IMG/VR virus record: IMGVR_UViG_3300050821_005035
Coordinates: 11,134-75,133 of that record
Direction: 5' to 3' (one strand)
DNA length: 64,000 nucleotides
Source: a virus
The translations under genes and the position numbers were made by a program. Shown here one piece after another: positions 21,674 to 30,420 of the stretch (position 1 is its first letter; the number at the start of each line of letters is the position of its first letter). The notes beneath the pieces were generated by a model that saw nothing but the letters and a program-made list of their open reading frames with translations, did not search any database and was not told where the DNA came from.

Positions 21674-21787
21674 TCAATTCGGGTTCCTCCTGCAGTCCAA
21701 GCTGGCGCTCTCCCAGCCCGTGACTTTTTAGCACGTCCTCCCAGTACGGGAAGTCCTCCCTGCTCAAATCCGGCTTACTTATCGCTC

Positions 21788-22987
21788 TCATATTGCCTCG
21801 TTGTCTTCTTCCGCGAAGATGTCAACGTCTTCGTCGGACTTGGTGAAGTTCAGTTCCTTGTATCCTTGCTCTTTCAAGACGAACGCGCGGAAGTACGGGT
21901 CGCTGCGGTCGTCGTGCGGGTATCGTACGCTAAACGTGTCCGGGTAGCTCTGTGACTTCCACGCGTTCACGATGCTGATAATCTGCCTCTGCGCTACCTT
22001 GCCCGCGTCTTCTGCCGACTCTACGGTAACGAATCCGGCGTTGAATTGCAAGCGTTGTTTTGTTACAGACTCCTCTTGCGCAAAGGTTCCGTTCTCTTCC
22101 AGCCACTTCGCGCGTCGTTCCTTCGCGACATTGGTCTGCTCCGTCTTCCCGTTCTTCTGCCCTTGGACGCGCTCCATCTCCTCGACCATGAAGTCGTTCG
22201 GGAGAAGCCAGATGCCCTCGTCTTCCACCAGCGCGATCACGGCCTCTGCCCCGGCCTTCATGAACCCGACGTCTTCGAGCAGCGTGACCGAGTAGCCCTT
22301 CTGGATGCTCAGCCCCTTTTTAACGAACCAAGCCATCGCGACATCGCGTATGCCGCTGACCCACGAATACAGTCGCAGCTGTATATCGTACGCAGCGATG
22401 CCGTACTGCTCCGGGAAGTCTGCCCCAGCTGTCTTGATGTCAACGATGATTGGCCGGAAAGCGCCGTACTCAGGCTTCCAATCCAGCTTAGGTAACATAG
22501 GATGCTGGGGTTCAACGAAGGCGACGATGTCGAGCCTTCCTTCGAATTCGATCTCACCATAATTGGCGTCTCCTGGAAATACTTCCTTGCCGTATATTCT
22601 TTGGAACACAGCTTGCCCGCCGAGCGGAATAGGAAGACTCGGCTGGCGAATAGCGTACAGCTTCAGCCAATCCGTTCCGATGCGGAGGCACTGCGCCCAG
22701 TCTTTCTCGACTCGGGTGAACTGCAGTTCCTTGTTATCTCGGAACGCGTTCCACTGGGTCTCGAAGTGCTTAAGCGTCGAGGCCAGGTCGCCTCGGTTCT
22801 CGTGGTAATACTGGAACGACGACTCGAAGGCCTTTCCAAGTTCGAACCGTGCGAGCTTGTTCTTCTCACGCCAGCCTAGAACCTTCTGGAGGTAATATTT
22901 AAAATTTGAGTGGTCCCAGGTAGACCCGGCGCTGTAGCTATGTTTGCGGTGCGGTCTTCCGGTCGGTCCTATGTAAAGGAATGCCAT
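21788..22987 (-). CDS. PD-(D/E)XK exonuclease (RecB/AddB-like)
   Basis: HSYS, FEGRLD, IVDIKT, QLRLY. Confidence 0.8.
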   Translation of the reverse strand: MAFLYIGPTGRPHRKHSYSAGSTWDHSNFKYYLQKVLGWREKNKLARFELGKAFESSFQYYHENRGDLASTLKHFETQWNAFRDNKELQFTRVEKDWAQCLRIGTDWLKLYAIRQPSLPIPLGGQAVFQRIYGKEVFPGDANYGEIEFEGRLDIVAFVEPQHPMLPKLDWKPEYGAFRPIIVDIKTAGADFPEQYGIAAYDIQLRLYSWVSGIRDVAMAWFVKKGLSIQKGYSVTLLEDVGFMKAGAEAVIALVEDEGIWLLPNDFMVEEMERVQGQKNGKTEQTNVAKERRAKWLEENGTFAQEESVTKQRLQFNAGFVTVESAEDAGKVAQRQIISIVNAWKSQSYPDTFSVRYPHDDRSDPYFRAFVLKEQGYKELNFTKSDEDVDIFAEEDNEAI

Positions 22988-22989
22988 TC

Positions 22990-23463
22990 TTAGTCCTCCC
23001 ACTTTTTTATGTACTTGATTATGGCGTATAGAATTCGTGTATCTTCTTGGGAGTGTCCAACTATGAAATTACAGTTTACACACAGCAAATCTCTGCAAGT
23101 GCCTTCTCTCCCATGCTTGTGATCTACGTTAGGGGGTCCTGCCACTTTTCCGAATACTCTCTGGCAAGCGGCGCATCTGTTTCTTTGTTTACGCTTTTTC
23201 TCGTTAAAGGTGGCGACTGTTAAACCATATTTCTTTTTCAAACGATGTCGACGATATCTTGCCTTTGCTCTTTTTGGATTTAGCTTTGCCCACCGTCTTC
23301 TAAGAAACGCTCCGCGTTCTTGGTTTAAACTCTCCCATACTTTGACTCCGTCACAATCGAGACAGTATTTTCTATGAGCATTAGCGTAACGAGTCCCTAT
23401 TTTCTTAGTTCTCACTAAGAACCGCTTTTTGCACGTTTTGTTTTGACAAATTTTACTGCTCAT
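22990..23463 (-). CDS. endonuclease VII family protein
   Basis: KYGLT, CAAC, VDHKH, RDLLCVNCN; AT-rich. Confidence 0.8.
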   Translation of the reverse strand: MSSKICQNKTCKKRFLVRTKKIGTRYANAHRKYCLDCDGVKVWESLNQERGAFLRRRWAKLNPKRAKARYRRHRLKKKYGLTVATFNEKKRKQRNRCAACQRVFGKVAGPPNVDHKHGREGTCRDLLCVNCNFIVGHSQEDTRILYAIIKYIKKWED

Positions 23464-25075
23464 TGGTTTCACCAAAAATCTCTATGTCATCTATGAACTG
23501 ATTCAAAAATTGGCTTCTGTTTTTTGAGAAAGAAATCTGTAATTCATCTGAACTCCTACTGCACGCGACGAAGAATATGCGGCTCTCTTCCTGCAGTTCC
23601 CCGTCCTTGTGGGGCATAGTTCCCTGGTTGCACCCGACCACGAAGACGTGTTTGAATTCCCGGCCCTTCGCCTGGTGTACGGTCGATAGCGTCAGAATCG
23701 GCTCCGTCTTGGAGCGGCGCATGAACGTGATCTTGCGTAGCCAGTCTAAGAACTGCGGGACAGTCAACGGCAGGCCTGTCTCTTTACTCTTGCGTCCGGC
23801 CATTCTCACCACGTCATTCATATTCTCAATCGGGTCCTTATCCATGCCGCCCTTGGTGTTGGTGTACCGGTAGACCAGGTTGTGCTCTCGGATTAGTTCG
23901 GTCATCACCACGGCGGCGGGACGGGGGTCCGAGGTCTTTTCCTTCGTCAGGTCGATCAGGTGCTTGACCTCGTTCTCCTGCCATACATTTTTCTTGCCGA
24001 GTATTTCTGCCTTGATGTTTCTAGACATCGCGCGCCGTTGAATCAGCTGCAGCTGGCGGTTGGTGCGAGCCAGCACGGCGGACTCTTCCGCGATGTCGCG
24101 GCTGTTGATCTCGTTTAATACCTCGTTGGCCTCTTCGTCCTCGCCCTGGTATCCGATGAAACGGACCTCGTCGCCTACGGGGCGCATCGAGACCATGCGG
24201 CTCGCCAGGCCGTTGTCGACCGGGAGAATCTTCTTCAAGAAGTCTACAAGTCTAACAGTCGACCGATAATTAGAGCCAAGGTAGAGCGTCTTTGCTCCGG
24301 GGAAAGTTTTGGCAAAGTTAGAGAGATTTCCAGCTTGTGCTGATCTCCACTCGTAGATAAGTTGATTTTCATCTCCGACCACGAAGATGTTTCCTCCGTA
24401 GATGAGTTTGAGGAGTTGGAATTGAGTTGTGTCGGTGTCTTGGCACTCGTCGACCGCAACATATTTACGTACATTTCGAAGTCTGACTCCATCATTTTCC
24501 TCCAAAAGTTTGACCGTCTCTTTAATCAGGCTGTCGAAGTCGAGCCAGCCTTGCCTTCTGCACTGGATTTCATAATCTCGGAACGCGAGAGCGTAGAAGT
24601 AAGTTACCCCGCCGCTGAACTCTTGTTCCATAGCTTGTTCCGGACTCACGTTCCCGGCCTTCCACTCGCTGATGCGCTCTGACAGCGCGCGGTATGAGGT
24701 GATAGGCGGGTAGGTCTTGAGTAAATCTTTCATTAAGAGGAACTGCTCCCCGCGAACAGGGATGATCGAGGGGCAGGTCGGGAAAGACAAGTGCTCTCGT
24801 TCTCTTTTGAGGAGGTCAAGGCAATAGGAGTGGAATGTTCGAAAGACCTGGGTCGCGTCGAGGTACTGGCTCACGCGCTCGACCATTTCCTTGGCGGCTG
24901 CGCTCGTGAACGTCAGGTTCAAGATATCGGTGTCCGGGATGCCCGCCATTCGCATCTTCAGATAACGCTCCACCAACACGCGCGTCTTTCCCGCGCCAGG
25001 ACCGGCTATCGTAACGAAATCTCCGTTGATAGAGTCGACGCAGATTTGTTGTTCCGGGTTGAGTTGTAAGGTCAC
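23453..25075 (-). CDS. UvrD/Rep superfamily 1 helicase
   Basis: AGPGAGKT, TFHS, VDECQD, VGDENQLIYEWR, NYRS, TVHQAKGREF. Confidence 0.93.
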   Translation of the reverse strand: MTLQLNPEQQICVDSINGDFVTIAGPGAGKTRVLVERYLKMRMAGIPDTDILNLTFTSAAAKEMVERVSQYLDATQVFRTFHSYCLDLLKREREHLSFPTCPSIIPVRGEQFLLMKDLLKTYPPITSYRALSERISEWKAGNVSPEQAMEQEFSGGVTYFYALAFRDYEIQCRRQGWLDFDSLIKETVKLLEENDGVRLRNVRKYVAVDECQDTDTTQFQLLKLIYGGNIFVVGDENQLIYEWRSAQAGNLSNFAKTFPGAKTLYLGSNYRSTVRLVDFLKKILPVDNGLASRMVSMRPVGDEVRFIGYQGEDEEANEVLNEINSRDIAEESAVLARTNRQLQLIQRRAMSRNIKAEILGKKNVWQENEVKHLIDLTKEKTSDPRPAAVVMTELIREHNLVYRYTNTKGGMDKDPIENMNDVVRMAGRKSKETGLPLTVPQFLDWLRKITFMRRSKTEPILTLSTVHQAKGREFKHVFVVGCNQGTMPHKDGELQEESRIFFVACSRSSDELQISFSKNRSQFLNQFIDDIEIFGETNEQ

Positions 25076-25298
25076 TTAGCCTTCGGCTCGTCGGCTGGGT
25101 AAACCACGCCCGCCTTGCGGTCTATGTAATAGTCCGCGTCTTCCACAGCCGTAACGTAGATGACATCGCTGCTTGGATACTTCGGATGAATCATGTCGCA
25201 CTTTACCAGTGTGCATTTGGTGTGCTCGCCTTCCGCCCTCCGGTCGAGCTTAGAGAGCAGGGTAAGAAGATTGCGTCGGGTCAGATATAGTTGTTGCA

Positions 25299-26612
25299 TT
25301 ACTTCACCCCCAACGAGTCGTTTATGTATTTCACAAGGCCCTTAGATGTATTGGTCGTAACGAAACTTTCGAACCAGACCAGCATCGTGTCCCACTGAGC
25401 GGTCGACATGAATTGAGGCGCGGTGCCGGATGTCTTGGTGATGAACGCGCGCATCTTTTGGACGGAGCCTATCCCCTCGCTGCTGGGCAGTTCGGATGTG
25501 TAGACCGAGACCCGCTTGCGATAGTCGGACATTTGTAGGTCGGTCGGCTTGCCGAGGAAGTCTGTACCCTGATTGGGTACGCTCGTACCCGTTGTGGGTA
25601 CAGGCGTCGATATTGTTTGTGACGAAACCCCCTCGGTAGGGGGGATTTGTGCAACAGAATGTGCTTGCGGCGGTGCAGCAGCTGCGGCTTGTATCGGCTC
25701 GCGGCGCAGTCCATCAAAATTATCGTTCGGCACATCAACGGGTGCTGGCTTGGAGACCGTTTCTGGCTCCACGTCCATGTTCACGGTGTTCTTTTGACGT
25801 CTGGCGCGGCGGGGGCGCGTGGGTTCCTCGGGGCTGCTCTCAAACGCCTCTGGCTGCTCCACGGCGGGCTGTACAGCGACTTCATCCCAGGTCTTGAGGA
25901 AAGCAGCCGCCTCAGACGAAAGGCGCGCCTGGTTGGCTACAAACTCGTTCTGAGCCTCTTCTGGTGTGAGTACCTTTCCGTCTCGGATGTATGGCTTTCC
26001 GTTCATATTGGCCGATGTCCAGCCAGATACCGTCTCAGGGGGCGCTGCTGTTGGGGTGACGTCGCGGCCCGGTGCGTTGTTTACGGAGACGGGCGCCGGG
26101 GGGATGACCATCGGACTGCCAGAAAGTGTCACTTGGGAGGCCGGATTCGAAAGGTCGGCCACGGTCGCGCGGAGCTCGCTCTCGTCTAGGATACCGAGGG
26201 AGGTGAACTGCATCGTAAGGCGGCGTTGCGCGCGGGTGCTCGCGGTCATGATCGAGTCGTCCAGCGCCTTGCCAGTAAGGGTGCCGAGGTGCTTAGAGCC
26301 TGTCGCGATCTCCTGCCTGCCTATCTCGTTCTTCCCGGTCGCGGTGAAGACGATAGAGCCGTTGACCATCTTGTCGGTGAGCGAGGTGACGTTGATACCC
26401 AGCTTATTGCGGAGCACTTCGGCGGTGCCACGGCGTGCGTAAATGACCAGCGACTTGCCGGGTCCCTGCTCGTTGTCCATCCAGATTGTATCCAAAGCGT
26501 TCAAGTCTGGATCGAGGCCAATAAATTCGCTGACGTCTCGGAGGTACTGGTGAAGCTGTTCCGCGCTCATCTTGGAAAGGTCGTGCTGAATGACTAGCTT
26601 AGGTTTGCTCAT
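25299..26612 (-). CDS. putative single-strand annealing recombinase (Bet/RecT-like N-terminus, Pro-rich tail)
   Basis: GLDP, YARR, MTASTRAQRRLT...LGILDESE; next to helicase and nuclease; promoter TTGACA-17-TACTAT at 26629..26657. Confidence 0.55.
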   Translation of the reverse strand: MSKPKLVIQHDLSKMSAEQLHQYLRDVSEFIGLDPDLNALDTIWMDNEQGPGKSLVIYARRGTAEVLRNKLGINVTSLTDKMVNGSIVFTATGKNEIGRQEIATGSKHLGTLTGKALDDSIMTASTRAQRRLTMQFTSLGILDESELRATVADLSNPASQVTLSGSPMVIPPAPVSVNNAPGRDVTPTAAPPETVSGWTSANMNGKPYIRDGKVLTPEEAQNEFVANQARLSSEAAAFLKTWDEVAVQPAVEQPEAFESSPEEPTRPRRARRQKNTVNMDVEPETVSKPAPVDVPNDNFDGLRREPIQAAAAAPPQAHSVAQIPPTEGVSSQTISTPVPTTGTSVPNQGTDFLGKPTDLQMSDYRKRVSVYTSELPSSEGIGSVQKMRAFITKTSGTAPQFMSTAQWDTMLVWFESFVTTNTSKGLVKYINDSLGVK

Positions 26613-27311
26613 GTGCCCTCATTTAGAAATAGTACCACATAAAATCGAAAATGTCAAGACGTTTTTCTCTTCCGCGCCTGATTCACGCTCATCAGACGAG
26701 GCCACCCGGAAGCTATCTGTGCCATTGCCTTATCTGTTATGGGCCTCCCCCCGCCGCCCTCAAGCTTTGTTGAGTCGACCCACTTAGGCTTCGCGGTAAT
26801 TTTTGGCTTAGGCAACGGGTCGCCTTCTTCCCGAGGAGATAGACGACGGACAAACGAGTCCGTAACTTGGAGGACGGTTCCGGACTCTAGGCGCAGGGTG
26901 GTGGTGGCGCCGGAGACCATGACGTACGGAAGTTCTGCCATGAATTCGAAGTAGGTGGGTATACGTCCGCCGACGGAGGAGTAGTGCTTCAACCAGGTTC
27001 CAGGAGTAATCATTGCGGCCCGTCCAAGTGGTTCGGCGGCGCGTTCAAGACGTCCGGGTCGGAGTCTTTGTTGCCGAGGCCGAGGAGGATGAGCACCCGG
27101 GCGTCAGGCGCGTGTAAGACCTGCCAGCGGTGATCTCGGGCGATCTGGCGTAAGATGTCTTGGGTCTCTGTCCAAGTCTTGCCGGGCTGGTATCCGTGAG
27201 AGACGAGCGCGGATTGAATCTGCTTCAAGCGTTTCCCGTCCGGCTGCAGCTGATTTGCATTAACAAGGCCATGAAAGACGAACACGGCCATGATAATTAA
27301 AATTGCTCGTC

Positions 27312-27857
27312 TCATTGGTACCTCGCTGCGGTCAGAACTTTAGTCGAGTACGTGTTCGTGTGGTCTCCGAATCCGTTGTAAGCGTGCAGCCCCTCTTCCA
27401 CCCCGTACCGCTTGATGTAGCCTTTCAAGATTCCACATCCGACCGCCATGTTAACGGCTGGGTCTAGAAGCTGCCGCTTAGAATACCGCTTGTAAAGAGG
27501 GTAGTGTACCTGCATCAGCCCGATGTCTTTCGTGCTGGATTCTGCGTTCGGCTTGCAGGAAGATTCCACGAAAATCAGCGCCGCTAAAATCCTGGGAGAG
27601 ATTCCCATCTCGACAGCAAACTTACCGGTCAGCAACGAGTAGTCGTCACCACAGCCGTTGTAACGGTAGATGTCTCGTGCGATCTTTGCCGCCCTTGCGT
27701 ACTGCTTCTCTAGCCGTTCCTGCTGGATGGATTCCTTTATCTGTTCTTGTGTGAAAGGCTGCGCCAAGACGGTCTTAACGTCCGGGGTCCCGTACTTGTC
27801 GTGGAACAAGGAACCGGACATGCATATTAGAAAAACCAGAGTCAGTAGTTTGCTCAT
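27312..27857 (-). CDS. lytic transglycosylase (SLT domain) with N-terminal signal/anchor
   Basis: VESS, GLMQV, DPAVN, AYNG; promoter at 27864..27892 implies a leaderless start. Confidence 0.88.
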   Translation of the reverse strand: MSKLLTLVFLICMSGSLFHDKYGTPDVKTVLAQPFTQEQIKESIQQERLEKQYARAAKIARDIYRYNGCGDDYSLLTGKFAVEMGISPRILAALIFVESSCKPNAESSTKDIGLMQVHYPLYKRYSKRQLLDPAVNMAVGCGILKGYIKRYGVEEGLHAYNGFGDHTNTYSTKVLTAARYQ

Positions 27858-28072
27858 GGTCAAAGCGTAGCATACACCTACCGGGTTGTCAAGCTTTATT
27901 TGCAGCGGCAGTCCTCTATAGGAATTCTGTCGCCGTCTTTGACGTTGCATGGCAGGCAGTCATAGACGCCAAACATGCTGTGAGACAGCGTCCCTATTTC
28001 CACTTTGAATTCCTTACCGCAGACGCATACCCAGGTTACCATTGGAACAAATTTAATTTCTTCCATAATCCC

Positions 28073-29215
28073 TCACTTGTGAAAGTACGTGCTTTGAAAT
28101 CCGTCTGCCCCTAATAAAAGCCCCGGCGCCCAGCTGACTTCCTTGCTCATTATTTCAACCATGTCGTGATAAGTCGGGCTGAGCAGGTCGTCCTCGACCA
28201 AGGCAATAGCCTCGTCGTGGGCGTGGCCGGTAACGGGCATTTCGGCCTCTTCGATCTCCACCATCTTGACCGCGAACACATCTCTCGCTATGCCTTGTAC
28301 GGCATTCTGAAAAGTGTGCCCGCCGTGCGTCGAGATGCTGTTGCACCACTGCTTAGTCTTCTGATTCATGCCCGCATAGATTAGCGAGTCGCGGTAGACG
28401 TCGATCTCGTTGCCCTCGTCGTCCTGGGTCTTCCACGGCATCATCGTCAGTTCTAAGCGCGCGTCCAGGTAGTGTAGGTATCGCCCGCTGGGCAGGCGCA
28501 TCCTCATCATAGACTCCCGTTCCTTGTTGCCTTGGGAGTCGATGAAGTTAACCTTGTCAATCACCACGCATCCGTTCGGCCCCAGCTTCCGTACCGTCGC
28601 AGGGTGGTCCGGGTGCATCACGTCGGCAACAGCGTCCTCGAATTTCCTCCAGATGCCAACCTTCGGGTCGCAGATTTCTGGATAAGAGTCTCGGAAGATA
28701 CGCACGACTTCCGCCGACTGTTCCTGTGTCATCTCTATTCCCATTCCGTCAGCGTATCCAAAAAGGCCTGTCTTGACGCGGTCTCGAACCTCTTCACAGT
28801 GGCAGTACTTCTTGCCGACCTTCTTGATCTTTCCATTCTGCTGGGTGTAAGTGTCGTCCGCGTCGCACAAATCGCCGTGGTCCTTATACGCGTTCGGACT
28901 CTTGCCCCAGCCGCCGCCTGACTGTCGGTAAACTGCGGCCAGGACTCCAGGCTTAGCGATCTGGCGCATTCTCTTAGCAGCCAACTTACGTTCCTTGCCG
29001 TTCTTCCCTGTGTAGTCAGCCCAAAGCTGCTCGTAAGTCATTCCGTACATCTTTGCTGCGAACGCGACATATGGGTCGCGACCGTTGCGCCAATGTACTC
29101 CAAACTGGTCTGTGTAAGGCTGGAAGACGTTCATTAGGTCAGTGCAGCCTGATAGCCACGCGGACACGCGTGTTTCCACACCGTTAAGGTCGCACACGTT
29201 GAAGCGGGTTGTCAT
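28073..29215 (-). CDS. DNA polymerase family A, C-terminal catalytic part
   Basis: Motif A DLNGVETRV.AWL, motif B RQIAKPGVLAAVY, NAVQGIARD, motif C HAHDE. Confidence 0.9.
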   Translation of the reverse strand: MTTRFNVCDLNGVETRVSAWLSGCTDLMNVFQPYTDQFGVHWRNGRDPYVAFAAKMYGMTYEQLWADYTGKNGKERKLAAKRMRQIAKPGVLAAVYRQSGGGWGKSPNAYKDHGDLCDADDTYTQQNGKIKKVGKKYCHCEEVRDRVKTGLFGYADGMGIEMTQEQSAEVVRIFRDSYPEICDPKVGIWRKFEDAVADVMHPDHPATVRKLGPNGCVVIDKVNFIDSQGNKERESMMRMRLPSGRYLHYLDARLELTMMPWKTQDDEGNEIDVYRDSLIYAGMNQKTKQWCNSISTHGGHTFQNAVQGIARDVFAVKMVEIEEAEMPVTGHAHDEAIALVEDDLLSPTYHDMVEIMSKEVSWAPGLLLGADGFQSTYFHK

Positions 29216-30420
29216 GACGCGACAAAGACCGTACGAATTAGTGATTTTACAACTAAGAGAACGCTCAGATATTTCTCCTTGAGTCCTTCATAATTTTCCG
29301 CGTACACCATCGCGCGTGCGTCTTGAACGACCGCTTGATCTTCGAAGTCGTATCCGGGAAAAGTATCCGTCTTCCCTACCACGCCGGGGCGGGCCATGTT
29401 CTGGAGTTGCACAGCGTTCCCCGACCAGCGACCGCAGCGGGGAGAACCCATGAAGATAAATTGCCCGCGTAGCATTCCGTCCGGCGAGACCGATTCCAAT
29501 ATCTTGCCCAGCTTCTGATAACTCGTGCTGGCCGCTTCCGCGCGCATCTTCAATGCCGTTCTGCACGCGTCGGTCAGCTTGATGTCTGGGTCCTTCAAGA
29601 CCGATGTAACAGTGTCCTTGCGCAACGTGCTATAAGGATAGCCTTGTGTCTTCGCCCACTTCTTAACCTGGTCCGGAGAGTTGGCGTTTAGTACGCCGGT
29701 CATCTTCTCGAAGTTCAGCTTTGCCTCTTCCTTCGCTCGCACGGCCAGCTTGTACATCTTGCGAACGAATTCAACGTCGACGGGCATCCCGCGATCATTG
29801 ATCTTTTGGTCCAGTATCCACAGCTTCTGTTCAAACTCGGGCAACGGCAGGGCCTTCAAAATTCGCATCCGACGGAGTAGCTCTCCCTCCGCGATAACGT
29901 CCTGCTTTCCATAAGCAAGAAACTGCTCCCACTCTTTCGGGTGCGAATTCCAGTCGTTGTAGTATTCTTTCGCCGGGTTCTTCTTAGTCGCCTTCACGAT
30001 GACCTTGTCGCAGAAGAGCTTAATCAGCGCATCTCCGCGCTCGTCCTTAGATAGATGCTGTGGGACTCCCAAGACTTCGCACTGCACTTCCAAGCTGGCA
30101 GGCAGCGATAGATAACGACCGCCGACCTGGGGGTCGATGAAGCGGCTGGCGGGGATATCGTATCCCAGCTTGCACATCATATATCGTTCAAAGCAAGAAT
30201 TAAAGGCCACAAGAAATACTTGTGGGTCTGCTAGCGAGTACATCAAATCGTTCGGGATAGGCTGCTTTTCCCAAATACGCCAGCACTGATATTCCCCATT
30301 GCCGATACGGTACCATAGGAAGAGAGCCTCGGTGTCTTTGGAAAAGATGTAATTGTGGAGGCCACGATCAGACGGGCTGAACGTGCTTCGGCTTTCAAAG
30401 TCGATGTGGCACTCAATCAT
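29212..30420 (-). CDS. DNA polymerase family A, N-terminal 3'-5' exonuclease/thumb part
   Basis: IDFESRS, AFNSCFER, YGKQDV, DQKINDRG, GRWSG..VQLQN, IRTVFVA. Confidence 0.9.
   Translation of the reverse strand: MIECHIDFESRSTFSPSDRGLHNYIFSKDTEALFLWYRIGNGEYQCWRIWEKQPIPNDLMYSLADPQVFLVAFNSCFERYMMCKLGYDIPASRFIDPQVGGRYLSLPASLEVQCEVLGVPQHLSKDERGDALIKLFCDKVIVKATKKNPAKEYYNDWNSHPKEWEQFLAYGKQDVIAEGELLRRMRILKALPLPEFEQKLWILDQKINDRGMPVDVEFVRKMYKLAVRAKEEAKLNFEKMTGVLNANSPDQVKKWAKTQGYPYSTLRKDTVTSVLKDPDIKLTDACRTALKMRAEAASTSYQKLGKILESVSPDGMLRGQFIFMGSPRCGRWSGNAVQLQNMARPGVVGKTDTFPGYDFEDQAVVQDARAMVYAENYEGLKEKYLSVLLVVKSLIRTVFVAS

Noticed and set aside
21788-22987. Cas4
   Set aside because: It lacks the Fe-S cysteines and sits in a recombination module with a helicase and SSAP.
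29190-29240. Intron or intein in the polymerase
   Set aside because: There is no intervening sequence; the two halves overlap by 4 nt.
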